Below, piece after piece: positions 33,301 through 45,439 of a stretch of DNA of 64,000 nucleotides. Under the pieces are notes generated by a model. The model did no database searches. It had not been told where the DNA came from and saw only the letters and a program-made list of their open reading frames with translations. The DNA lies in the NCBI GenBank assembly GCA_013265495.1, contig MU058883.1, positions 186,001 to 250,000 of the forward strand, in the 5' to 3' direction. The translations under genes and the position numbers were made by a program. Position 1 is the stretch's first letter. Each line of letters starts with the position of its first letter. The stretch comes from Vicugna vicugna (taxonomy: Eukaryota).

Positions 33301-36300
33301 ATGGGGTCACTCAGGCCTGCAAAGTCAAGTTTGCTTAGATTCAGGTCAGGTGCTTGTTTGGGACAGTGGGACGTACTGGTTGACTTTCAGCTTTAGGAGA
33401 CACTTGGCTCGCTCAGTGTGGTCTTAGCATGTTTAATTGAAAGGTCTGTTGGTCTTCTGTCCAGCGACTGGGTTTTCCATGAGCACTGGCAGCTGGGCGT
33501 GGGGTAGGGTGGAGTCCTTTGCACAGCAGCACGGTCCCACTCTGGTCTGGGTGCTTGAAAGCACACTTGATGCCCGTCTCTCACGGCCTCCTTTTGCCTC
33601 CCCCCGCACGTGGCAGGTCTTCCCTCCGGGACAGCCGAGCTGGCTCGAGCGGACGTACCGTGGCTCCTTCACCTGTCGAGTTTGGCAGTTTGGACACTGG
33701 GTGGAGGTGACCATAGATGACCGTCTGCCTTGTCTTGCAGGGAGACTCTGCTTCTCCCGGTGCCAGAGAGAGGATGTGTTCTGGCTTCCCTTACTGGAGA
33801 AGGTCTACGCCAAGTACGAGCGCCAGGGGCCTGGAGGGCCGGGCGGGGTGGGCTCGGGACCCCGGGAGGCACGTCCGCTCCCCCTGGGCTGCCGCACCCT
33901 GGTCAGCACCAAGGGTCTGGCGGCCAGTGCTGGGGTGGGGCCAAGCAGTCCAGCAGCAAAACTCTGAGACTTGGCCTGTGGTTTGCCCTCCCCGCTGCCC
34001 ACTCCTCTCCCTGCCCTCGTTCAGAGTCGGGCGTGAAGTCCAGAGAGAGGGTGTGTGTTTTCTCCTTTCTCTTTCCTTAAACCTGAGCAAGAAAAATGTC
34101 TCCACCATTTGTTTGCCACCGCTGAGGACAGGCGGCCTCTCTGCCAGTTGCTGGGGAGGAATGAGGCCACTGAGGTGTCAGTGCTTGTTTGTCGTGGCCC
34201 CGAGTGAGACCAGGGCCCTCACCTGAGTCTGAACTGAAGAACTTCTCTCAGGACGCACTTACCGTCCTGCTGAAAGAGGCTGGACTGCTAGGCAGGCCTT
34301 CGGGCAGAGAAACTGAAAAAGTGAGGGGCCTGCTGGCAGCATCCGTGTGAGTGAGCCCACCGTCCCACACTGCTGTCCGGGCCGTGGGCTTGGTCGTGGG
34401 AGCCAGAGGAGTGGGCGGAGGCAGCGGGGTGTACGGGACCCTGTGCATCACCCACTGGAGCGAGATTGTGTCTGGACTTGGTGAGGACAAGGTGGGAGTG
34501 AAGGGGGAGGAAGGAGAAGCGATTGAAGTAGGTCAGAAGATGGACCGCGGGGGACAGAAGAGGGTCTGGGGGCCCAGGGCCTTCGCCTCACCCGCTCCTG
34601 GCTGTCTCCCTAGGGTCCATGGCTCCTATGAGCACCTGTGGGCAGGGCAGGTGGCGGATGCCCTGGTGGACCTAACGGGTGGCCTGGCAGAAAGGTGGAA
34701 CCTGAAGGACTTGGCGAGAACTAGTGGCCATCAGGACAGGCCCGGGGCCACGGAGTGCCGGACCTGCCGGCAGCTGCTTGGCCTGAAGGACCGCTGTCTG
34801 CTAAGCTGCTCGGTGCTCAGCCCCAGAACAGGTGAGGCGGGAGGCCGGTGGCGGTGGGCCTGCGCACCCGCACCCCTCGCCGCCTCCCGCCAGCACACGG
34901 GCGTGTGTTACGGTGGTCCTTCCGGGACTCAGTAGAGAATAGGACCCTGTCCTTCGGAGCTGGCGTCTGGGGGTGTGACCATCTCTCCCTGACTGCCCTT
35001 CTCCAGAAGGAAGTGTCCCTTTTCCCTTGGCCAGGACTTCCCACTGGGGCGAGGCAGGAGCCCATCTCGGGGTCCCTGGGAGGCAGGTCGCGGGACATCT
35101 CCGGCCCGGCTGGTGACCTGGCAGAGGGAGCGCTCGGATCCACTTAGTAACACGTGTGCTCATCGAGCAGCGTGTGCTGAGGAGAGAAGTCACCCAGACT
35201 CGACTGCTTCGGGCTTGAGCGCCCTTTCTCAGTGCTTCTCATGAGCACTCGTGTGCTTGATGTTCTGTGTTTACCCCCTTCCTCCACTGCTGTGTAGACG
35301 TGGCCGGCACCACGTTTCCTGCGTGTCTGCCTGGTTTTCCTCGCTCCCTCCTCGGTGCCGGGGTTTTAGGGTCTTCCCAGCTTTATGCTGTTGGAAGTAA
35401 CACTGCGGTGAACGTCTTTGGGCAGAACTGTTTTCCTGTTTAAGATTATTTTCATGATCAGGTTTTTGACCAAAGAACATGAACCTGAAGATAAACTGCC
35501 ACATGCTGACCGTCACACTGCCTGGTGTGTGCGGGCTGGCACAGCCCTGGTCTGGGTTCCCCGCAGGCAGAGCTCAGGATGGCGTTGGGGAGCACCCTGG
35601 GGGTGAGGGGCTGAGGCTCTGACACAGGTGGGGGCTGGCCTGTTTGGCATCAGCTGTCCAGGCTGGGGTAGGGCTAATTCTTGGCACTTCAGGCTCTGGG
35701 GGAACCCCTAGGCAGAGATGGAGGTCAGCTGGAGCCCCTCGAAGAGGCAAGGGGCTGGGGACATGGGTGGGACACCCAGAGTGGTGGCTGCAGTGCCTTC
35801 CTGAGTAAACCTTTGAAGACATTCCAGGAGTTTCTTGTCTTCTGTCTGGACCACCACCCCAGCTTCCAGGTGGGGCAGCGTCCTCTGCTTGGTGTCTCCA
35901 CTTCTATGCCCGTTTGTCCCAAGGTCTTTGGCCAGGTGGAGCCCTTTTACACTTCTGGGCCCCTGGGCCTCCCGCTGGTTTCGGGTCAATCCCTGATGTC
36001 CCTGGTCTCCCTAGCGGGCCTCCCCGAGAGGAGGTTTCTCTTCTCTCTGGCGTCATTGGCCCACCAGTGACAGTGATGATAGCAGCCTGTGTGAGAACCA
36101 CCCCCATCCACCAGGCGAGGACCGAGGCCCACAGAAGGAATAGTTGCCGGGACTGGTGGCAACCAAGCCAAAGTCCAGACCCAGGCCCCTGGCTGTGGCT
36201 GTACACTTGGTAAGGCCGCTCCCACGCGGGCCTGTCGACAACTGGTCAAGAGAGGAGCCCCTGGTGGCCCTTGGAGATCCAGGGGTCTGTGCGGCCATGG

Positions 36301-39300
36301 CTGGGTGGGCTGGAGCGGCCCGGGCAAGGAGACAGAGCTGTGTGTCTGCTCACCGTGGGGCCTTCCGGGCCATGACGAGCCGTTCCCACCCAGGTTCCGG
36401 GGCGCTGGGGTCATTCCACGCTTTCATTGTCTCTGATCTGCGAGAGCTGCGGGGTCGGGCTGGCCAGAGCATCCTGCTGCTGCGGATCCAGAACCCTTGG
36501 GGTCGGCGGTGTTGGCAGGGGCCCTGGAGAGAGGGGTGAGTGTGGGCGCCGTGGGTCACCGTGCTGCTGTTGGGAAGGGGCGTGGGGCCCAGGGCAGCCA
36601 GGAGCCGTACTGACCGTGTGTGTGCCTGCTGCCTGTGGCTTGGTCCACAGTCAGAACAGCATTTGGTTGGTCTCCGCGCGGCCCACTGGGCACCTGTTCC
36701 TGGGCCCCCACGCTCACAAGGCTGGCCTAGTGCCGGGCACTGGGACTCAGGCCGTGCTGGGGCCTGAGCCTGTCTTGAGGGCACCCACAGAACGGTGGCT
36801 GCCCCGCCGGGCTGCAGGTGACAGGCCTGCAGCAGTGTCCCAGCTCAGCTTTGAGTCCTGGCCTGGGACGGCTCCCCCCCGGGGCCTGGGGCTGGGGGCA
36901 GGACCGGGCTGCTCCCTCCCCAGCCGGGGCTTTACCTGGGGTGCGGCAGCTCCACCTGGAGCGACGAGGCCAGCGTGCCCCTCGCACCTACCCGGCCTGG
37001 TGAGGGCCCTGAGAGAGGGGAGGGGGCCCGAGGCGGCTGGCAGTCCTGCCGCAGGGCCCCTGTGGTCCCCACTGCCCCGCTCCTCGGCGCCAGCTGCCGG
37101 CCGCTCTGGGGCGAGAAGCCCCGCTGAAGAGAGGTTCCTTCCAGGGGCGAAGGGTGGAGCCAGGTGGACGCAGCTGACAGGTCCGAGTTGCTGTCCCAGC
37201 TCCAGGAAGGGGAGTTCTGGGTGGAGGAGGAGGAGTTCCTGCGGGAGTTTGACGAGGTCACCATCGGCTACCCAGTCACAGAGGCCGGCCACCTGCAGAG
37301 CCTCTACTCAGGTGAGGGAGGGCCCTCGTGGGGGCGCAGCGGCCCCGATGGGCTCTGCCTGCTACAGTCGGAGGGCAGGGCCCACGCCCTGTCCCCCTGT
37401 GGGGGTGCCGGGGCACGGCTCTGGCCCCACTGGCTTCCTTTCAGGGCGGAGAGATGGTTCTTTTCCCTCCCGTCCGGGTGGAGAGGTAGCCGGGTGCGGG
37501 GCTCTTGGTGGTGCTGGCTTCCTGGTGCTGTAGTGGGGTGAGGGCGAGACGGCTGTCCCCGCAGCTGACACGTGTGCTCCTGCCCAGGAAAGGCGCTGTG
37601 CCACACTCAGGCGCTGCCTGGGGCCTGGGTCAAGGGCCAGTCGGCAGGAGGCTGCCGGAACAACAGTGGCTTCCCCAGCAACCCCAAGTTCTGGCTGCGG
37701 GTCTCAGAGCCGAGCGAGGTGTACGTCGCCCTCCTGCAGAGACGCGGGGCGGATGGGGTGGCCCGGGCCCGGGCACCGGTGGGGGACCCCACGAGCTTCC
37801 CCAGCAAGGACTACCAGGCCGTGGGCCTGCACGTCTGGAAGGTAACCGCCCCAGGCCTGGCCCCCGCCCAGTGTGGGGTGGGGACAGGGACGGTGCCAGG
37901 AGCCCCACATCCTCCTCCGAGCTGTCCTCCTACAGACCCAGCTCCAACCTGAGTCCATGGGACTTGCTCCCCGCCTTGCCCACTGTGGGTCTGGCCAAAG
38001 GAAGGGGAGCAGAAGCAGCCATTGGCACAGCTGGCAGGGGGCACCCAGCTGTAGGCTTTGGGGTGGGAGGGGCTCTTCAGTGAGCAGAGGTGTCAGGAGG
38101 GCTGCTGAGGACCCGCCCAGGCGGTCACTTCACCTCCCAGCCTCCCTCAGTCCCCTCCCTACAAAACCTGGTGGTAATGTTCTGGCCTCGTGGAGCTGTC
38201 TGAGGATCACCGTGGAGACACCTGTCCTGCTCTCCCCAGGGGACAGGAGGGTGGCTGGCGCAGGACGACACAGCCTGTCCGCTCACCCAGGCGCTTGGCT
38301 TTTAATTTTGTACTTCCTGCCGGGGGCTGACAGCCTGTCCCTGTGGGCGCGTGGCCTACAGCGTGTCCCCTTCAAAGGAAGTCCCTAGCAAGCCTTTCGT
38401 CCCACAGTCCCCAGCTTGCATTAGCCACATGCCATTTGGGGCACAACCCTGTCTAGATTTGCCTGTTTGCTCCCAGAGCAGGAGGACTTGCAGGCTCACG
38501 TCTGGAACAGAGCCACTGACCCTAGGACAGAGCCTGAGTCCACGGGCATTTTCAGCCAACTCCTGAGAGGCTGGGGGAGACCCGCAGGCATGGGTGCTTT
38601 GACAAGGACCCCTCTGCTGGGAGCGGGGTGGGGTCTAGGCTCCGGTCTCTGTGGCTTCTGCATGCCGGCCTCCCTCTGCAGGTGGAGAAGCGGCGGGTCA
38701 GCCTGCCCAGGGCCCTGTCGGCGCCCCCCGTGGCTGGCACCGTGTGCCATGCGTACGACCGGGAGGTCCACCTCCGCTGTGAGCTCGCCCCGGGCTACTA
38801 CCTGGCCGTCCCCAGCACCTTCCTGAAGGATGTGCCGGGGCGGTTTCTGCTCCGGGTCTTCTCCAGCGGGAGAGTCTCCCTCAGGTGAGGGGTGGGCAGG
38901 GTCTCGGGCTCAGGAGGGGGAGCGGCCTGGGCGGTTTCCGCAGGGTTTATGTGCTCACGCCTGTGACGGGGCCGGATGGTGTGCCAGCCGCCTCCTGTGC
39001 TTGTCTCTCCGGGCAGTGCCATCAAGCCGGCGGCCCAGAGCCCTGCCCACCGGGAGGCCCCACCCGCGGGTGAGTGGGAGACTGTGCGGCTGCGGGGCTC
39101 CTGGAGAGTCGGCCGGACAGCGGGGGGCAGCCGCAACTTTGCCTCCTACCCCACCAACCCCTGCTTCCCGCTGTCGGTGCCTGAGGGCACAGGCCCCCGC
39201 TGTGTCCGCATCACTCTGCGCCAGCACTGCCAGGACAGCAAGTGCCACCCCATCGGCTTCCACGTCTTCCAGGCAGGCTCCCCACGCTCCTGGGGCTCGG

Positions 39301-41394
39301 GGGCGGTGCGGCAGGATGGGGAGAGGGGTGGGGGGTAGGCCCCTCCAGGTCTGTCCGTGTCCTCCGGGCTCAGTGTCTGGGCCAGCTGGGCACAGGCAAG
39401 ACTCATTTCTAGGTTTTACGGAGTCTGTAGTTCACTGGAGGTCACAGGTCAGCTCAGGCGGCCCCTTGTCCACTTGCCCTGGCTCACAGCAGCTGTGTCC
39501 TGAGCTGTCCCCAGAGCTGTGCCTCCAGCCAGGAGTCCCCACTGGGTGCACGGGGAGCAGTTCTCCAGCAGGAGCCTCTCTGAAGTCACGTGAACCCCAC
39601 CCTCCCCAGGGCCCAAGCCTGGGGGTCTGGGATAAAAGACGGCCTGGGCTCGCAGGAACCAGCAGGAGCGGGGGGGGGGAGAGGCCCGCATTCAGTGAGA
39701 CAGTCTGGACGGATGCTGCACCTAGTGAGGGTCTTTAGATTAGAAAGAAAAGACAGAGCTGGGGGCGAGGGGCTCAGAGTGAGGCCGCAGTGGGTCAGCA
39801 GTGCGGGGCGGCCTGAATCCTGGACAACAGAAGGGAGGGGTGGCTTCCAGGAACTCCACTGGGAAGTGTGACTTATCTCCAGCCCCACGTGGGCGTGAGC
39901 CAGGGGACCCAGGGTCCCCCCACCCTGGCCGGGTGGGGCAGGGAGCTCTTACCCCCAGCTGGCAGGAGGTTGTATGGCGGCTGTGCAAGAGCCAGGGAGT
40001 CACAGGTGCCACCCAGAGCGCCTTCCCCGGCCTTGGGCTGCTCTTCCCCTCCTGAATTGCAGGCAGGATGCGCTTAGAAGACCTGTAGTAGGAGAAAGGG
40101 GAAGAGGTGAAGTGTCAGAGGTCACAGATTCAGATTCCAGGGTGACTGCGTGGCTCCCCTGCTCCTTCTGGGGGCCCCGCTTCAGGATGGGCTGGTGCAC
40201 CGGCAGGTGCCCTGAGGAGGCATGGCCGGAGGGTGACCCCATGCTGCGCTGTCACCGGGCCCGCGTGGGGGTGGTCACGCCTAGCCTGGGGTACAGGCAG
40301 GGGAGGAGAGGGTTTTCTCTGACTGGGGAGGTTCTGGACCGTTGGGAGGCAGAGCTGCTGTGCCCCCCAACAGCTGAAGGCAGACTCTGGAGCCTCGCTC
40401 AACCCCAGGCCGCCCGCGGGGCACCCCGAACCTTCAAAAAATCATGGGTGTCGGGGCCAGTGAGGTGACTCCCAGGACAGGGCTGGGCAGTGGTGACTCT
40501 GGTGTCCCCAGGCGTGGGCACTGGTGTTGCGGCCTCAGTGAATGGTGAGCCCAGCTCTGAAGCCTGGCGCGTATGGCGAGACTACACAGGTTGCCCCGGC
40601 GTCCCCAGCCCAGGGAGGGAGCAAGGCCCAGGGCTGTGAGGAGGGGAGCGTTCACCGCTGGCCCCCAGTCTGAGCCTGTGCCTCCCCCAGGTTCCTGCAG
40701 ATGGCGGGGGCCTGGGTGCTCCCTCCCTGCTGCTCCAGGAGCCTCTGCTAAGCTGTGTGCCGCACTGCTACACCCAGGAGGTGAGCCGGCTCTGCCACCT
40801 GTCTGCGGGGACCTACAGGATTGTGCCCTCCACCTACCTGCCAGACACAGAGGGGGCTTTCACGGTGACCGTGGAGACCAGGATAGACAGGTGGGCTCCG
40901 GGTGTGAGTGTGTGCGCGTGTGTCCAGGGGGCTGTGGTCCTCAGCATCTCCCCGGGCTTCTCTCCCCTCCGCCCCCCACACCCCAGCTCTTCCCTGTCCT
41001 GGCAGAGCCCAGGGGCCTGTGGGAGGAGAGTGGCACCGTCTAGAGAGTGGGTGGGCCTGGAGTGTGGCCGCCCTGCCAGATGACCATGGTGTCCTTCCCC
41101 ACAGGCGCTCCATTCACAGCCAGGAAATGCTGGGGCAGCTTCTCCAGGAGGTACGTGTGGGGCTGTGTGGAGCCCCTCCCAGCAGCCGCCTTGCAGGCTA
41201 GACTGTGCCCCGGGGCACGAGGTGCCCTTGTCTCTCCCCACGAGAGCCCCCAGCAGAGCTTCCCAGGGGTCAAGAAGTGGGGGCTACGGTGACAGCCTCT
41301 GGAGGGCAGGAGGGGTGCTGCAGCCCAGGGCGGCACTGCCCAGGCCCCGCCATCTCTCCCGCAGGCCTCCTTCATGGCAGTCATGAAGACCTAA
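29873..41394 (+). CDS. CAPN10: Calpain-10, 12 exons, 656 aa: 29873..29998, 32344..32475, 33617..33813, 34614..34831, 36394..36535, 37145..37311, 37588..37841, 38682..38884, 39017..39272, 40691..40890, 41105..41150, 41365..41394
   Basis: [22 protein letters not shown]...; catalytic triad visible (GDCWF exon 2; FHAF and QNPWG exon 5); two C2-like/beta-sandwich repeats (GGCRN, GGSRN); no penta-EF-hand; ends MAVMKT*. Exon lengths sum to 1971 nt in frame. Intron 9 needs a GC donor. Confidence 0.97.
30826..30918 (-). mobile_element. Second, more diverged tRNA-derived camelid-type SINE in CAPN10 intron 1
   Basis: The minus strand reads GGGGAGGGTAGAGCTCAGCGGTGGAGCGCATGCTGAGCACGCAC... with an A-rich tail; degenerate TSD CT(A/G)GATTTGT near 30816 and 30919. 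Confidence 0.75.
30960..31960 (-). mobile_element. L2 LINE fragment
   Basis: Purine-rich tract with typical L2 strings (GAAGGAGAGATCAGGGACGACTTCCGGGTT; GTAGGCAAGTGGATGTGAGAGTTGGGAGCTCAGGA). Confidence 0.6.
35250..35510 (-). mobile_element. L1ME 3' fragment in CAPN10 intron 4
   Basis: AACACTGCGGTGAACGTCTTTG...AACTGCCACATGC resembles the antisense L1ME 3' end. Confidence 0.45.
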
Positions 41395-41708
41395 CGACAG
41401 CCACGCGTGGCAGCTCTGCTGACCAGTGACCCACATGCCAGTGCCGCAGCGGCCGGGCCTGAGCAGGGTGGCAGCGTGAGCTTGGGGTCCCGGTGAAGAG
41501 CCCCGTCCTGGAGAGCCGCAGCCCGGGGTCCAGCAGGTGCTGCTGGAAGGGCAAGAAAAGCTCGGGGTGGGCCTGCGCGCCGAGACGCGGAAATTCTCCA
41601 CGCTGTCGCTCCTTGGCCCCGGAGAGGCCTCACAGCAGACGGAAGTACATTGTGATGGATCTTGTTTAAAATTATTTATTTGAAACATTTTTAGGACACA
41701 ACTTTATA

Positions 41709-41714
41709 AATAAA
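41709..41714 (+). terminator. CAPN10 polyadenylation signal AATAAA
   Basis: 315 nt after the stop, preceded by an AU-rich block in otherwise GC-rich DNA. Confidence 0.8.
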
Positions 41715-43229
41715 CATTAGCACTGAGCAGCTTCCATCTGAGTCTGGATTCAGGTAGCTGGGGCCGCGTCAGCCCTCGCCGCGGGGACGGGCGGGGGGCT
41801 CCTGCCCGCTGCTCAGACACTGGAGGTGACCAGCTGGCCCGAGTCTCCTCCTGTCTGCACACCCGTCTGCTTCCTGCCACCTGGTCTACCGGCCTGCAGT
41901 GCTTGGGCGTGGGGGATGCTGCCACAGGCACCCAGGGGTCTCGAGCTTCCTTGTGGAAGGTACTGGGCACAGGCCTTTGCTCTTGATGTGGCAAGGGACT
42001 TCTCGCAGGCCTCCGACCCCTGGTCCCCTGAACCCCTAACCATCTTCTGTGCCGCAGCCCCAGTCTCGGCCCGGTGCGGCTCCTGCCGCCTCTTGCTCCT
42101 CCGACCCAGCATCGTGTCGTCACGATTGAGCGTCCTTGCCCCGTGTGACGGCAGAGGTCCTGGGGAAGGCTGCCGGTGTCTGTCCTGCTCCACGCGGGTG
42201 AGAGCTGTTCTGACCTCTGACCTAGTCTGTCACGCCCGCACTCCTGTGCCTGAGGCCTGAGTGGTCTGCCCCCCCGGGCTGCCCTCAGTGAGCGGGAGTC
42301 GACCTCCAGGAGCCCCTGGTCCTGAGTCAGGTGGAGATGGGATGGGGCCATCACCCCACGCCTTCTGAGCCTCGAGGGGGGCCCTCATCTCCACTCGCCG
42401 TTGGCCTTCCTGCCTGGTGTCTCTGACCCCAGGGAGCACGTACCAGCCCCAGTCATGTGCCAGGAGACCAGAAGGGGACGCCATCGCTCTGTGAGCCAGT
42501 CCTGCCAAGACTCTACTGTCCACAGCCTGTGTGTGTCCAGCTCTGGTGGGGCCCACAAGGATGCCCAGGGGCCCATGTCAACTCAGAACTCGAATGTCCA
42601 GTGGTTCTTGGACATCCCCTCCCTCTCCCTGTGCACAGCCATGGAGTAGAGAGCCTAGTGGGGCAGGTAGGTGGGGGGCGTCTGCCAAGCACACTTGCTG
42701 TGGGGAGGGTCCTGCCTCTTGGGGCTGGGCCATCTCTTCAATGGGCCCCAGGCCTGGCTGTCTCCACCCTGCAGCTGAGCTGCTCTGCTAGTGACCAGAG
42801 GCCTCCTCACACCTGACCTCCAGCTGCCCGCTCTGTGCCCTTGAGCTCCTCCTGTCCGCATACCTCAACACCCCTGTCCCTTCCCCCAGCACCTTCCAAC
42901 TCAACTCCAAATTGGACTTAAAAATTGGCCAGGACAGGACCACCGCCTGTGCCAAGGGCCACCATCTCCCTGCCATCAGACAGGCCCCTGTGCCAGTAGG
43001 CAGCGAGTGACCAGCTCCAAACCCCATACTATCGACTCCTGGACCAGGGTGGTATCCTGCAGAGGCCGACACTGAAACAAATCTGGGGAGCAAGACGCTC
43101 GGGGGAGGAGGAGTCTGGCGCAGCGTATCCAGAGCCCCAAGTGGCGCTCAAATGCTGGGTGTTGACACCCTGCACGGCTCAATCTCCCGGGCAGGGACCC
43201 CTCAGGCGTCCTTCGAAGAGGCACCAGAG

Positions 43230-43350
43230 CTTCATGCATGACAGCGATAAAGTGGCTGTCTGCAACCAGGACCAGGGCCTTTGCTAGGAACCAAGCTTGC
43301 CAGCGCCTTGACCTTAGACTTCCAGCTTCCCAAATTATGAGAAGTCGATG
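43230..43350 (+). mobile_element. MaLR LTR fragment (MLT1A/MST-like)
   Basis: GGCTGTCTGCAACCAGG...GCCAGCGCCTTGACCTTAGACTTCCAGCTTCCCAAATTATGAGAA. Confidence 0.55.
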
Positions 43351-44415
43351 TCTGCGGTTTCGCCCCCAGCCTGCAGTGTCTGTCCCGGCAGCCGGAACTC
43401 ACTAAGACCTGCTGCTCCTGCGTTCCGAGCAGGTGGCCGCGCACGCGCTTCCTTGGAGTGGAATTTCTCTCTCAGCCTCCACTCACGGGCACTTTGCTGC
43501 TGCCGCTGCCTTGAAGAGCTCTTTCCCAAGACGGGCTGGAGGAAAGGCCGTCTCAACCCACACGTCCCCACCCAGCCTCAGAGCCGCTCGGCTGTGGCCA
43601 GTTAGCCCGGCCCTAGGGGTCAGCAATCACATGCATCTCGCCAGCGTCACCGCCAGCCGGCCGCAGGCAGGACGTCCCTCCCTCTGGGCAGCTGGAGGCT
43701 GCCGGTCCCCCTGGGTTGCAGGGAGGCCTCCGGGGGGCGCACTTGAGCAGCATCTCCACGTCTCCGCCCGTCTGTCTTCCCTCCCCACTTGCTTTGTCTT
43801 CTGGGCAGAGACAAAGAAAGCCTACGATTTGTCTCACCCATTAGGGTTCGGGCCTGGGCCCTGCAGAGAGCCACCTTCCAAAGGAGGCCCGAAAAGTAAA
43901 ATGCTGCCAACTGCCCCATCATCATCAGCCTCCTGCCCTGAACTCCAGAAGGCGGGGTGCTGCCAGCTTCTCCCAAGAGCGACCCACCTTCGCTGGGCTG
44001 GCCAGCCCCCTCGCCAGGCCGCATCTGGACAGAATCCTGGTCCCTCCCTGGGTGACAGGGAGAGTTTGCTCAGGTCCCTCTCTGGGATCAGGCGGAGAGC
44101 AGAGAAGGGAAGGCCAGGCCGTGTGGCCACCGCAGACGGGAAGGCGTCTGCTGCCCGGCTTCCAGGCCGCAGCGAGGGCAGCAGGCCCCGCATGTCTGCT
44201 GAGCCCAAGAAACAGCCTGGGTGCTGAGGGGCAGGGCGCCCGCTGCAGGGCGTGGTCCCTTCACAAGAGGCACCTACCGGCTGAGCTACAGGGGCCCTTC
44301 CCCGGCCCACTGCAGTAGCCAGGCGGGCCCAGTTCTACTCGGTGCATCTCCTCCTGGCTGGGCCTTCGCAGAGCAGCTTGTGTGCTCTGGACACCAGGGT
44401 CCCTGCTGAAAACGC

Positions 44416-44536
44416 GTCCGGGCTCTGGCCACACTCACAGGGTGTCCCGGGTCCGGGCTCAGGCCACACTCACAAGGTGTCCCATGTCCGGGCTCTGGTC
44501 ACACTCACAGGGTGTCCTGGGTCCAGACTCTGGCCC
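44416..44536. repeat. 35-bp minisatellite, about 3.5 copies (GTCCGGGCTCTGGCCACACTCACAGGGTGTCCCGG)
   Basis: Unit starts at 44416, 44451, 44486 and 44521. Confidence 0.9.
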
Positions 44537-45439
44537 TGTGTTTTGCCCTGGAGACCTTGGTCTGCAGTGTCTGCTGGGATGGGGTCAAGCTCGGCTCAGG
44601 TCTGCTGACGAGAGCAGAGGGAAGGGGACCTGCTCTCCAGTCTCTTCTAGGGTCTGAGCCCACCCAGCAGGGTGGCCGTGCCCCTCCCACCCCATGGTGG
44701 GACTCCTGATGTGTTAGAAGGCTCCTGCCTCAGTCTGTATGCTCCTGTCTGATACCAGCCCCCAAGCCCCGTGAAGGATCCCCCAGGCAGAACGCAAGGC
44801 CCCGGCTGGCTCTGGGAGGACCCGGGGCCCCAGGGCAGGCGCACCACTGCCCCAGCCATATATTGACTGACACGGACGGGGGCCTCATCCTGGGCCCTGC
44901 CTGACTCCACGGAACCCAGCAGCAGGGTCCAGCCATGCCAAGCTGTGTCCAGGGCCTGGCTGCACCTGGGGTCCCTGTCTTGTGGACCTGCTAATGGGCG
45001 AAGGCCGCCTCCCTCCATGCGCTGTGTCCCTGGCCAACCCTGACAGGCGGGTCTGAGTGTGCAGGTGAGAACGCCTCCTTTCCCGGGCTTCCTCAGCAGA
45101 CTTTGCCCCGAACCGCCTGGCTGCGCTTCCTTCTGGTCATCGCTTCCTGCTCCAGGGCAGTGTGCACGGCCTTCTCAGTGGGAGCCGAGTCTGACCTGGT
45201 CCTGGCCCCGGGCCTTTTCTCTCCAGGCCCTCCCTCGTCCTGGTCGGCCTTGAGGGCAGCAGAGCGTCTAGGGTGAGTATTGAAGTCCTGGTGCCTTGAA
45301 GCCCCATGTTGGGGAGAGAGCCCAGCGGGGCACAGGAGGCAGGATGGGGCCGGAGTGAGCCGGACAGAGCCAGCCAGGCCAGGGCCAAGGCTGTCCGATG
45401 CTCCAGGCCCTTTTCTCTCGGCCTCTGTCTCTCTTCATT

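Noticed and set aside
33814-34613. Orthologues of the human CAPN10 intron-3 diabetes SNP sites (UCSNP-43/44)
   Set aside because: I could not align the flanking sequence with confidence by eye.
36427-37533. 368-aa ORF within CAPN10
   Set aside because: Alternative-frame read-through of exons 5-6 and GC-rich introns, starting at a non-ATG codon.
44416-44536. CRISPR-like 35-bp periodicity
   Set aside because: Head-to-tail repeats without unique spacers in a mammalian genome; a minisatellite.
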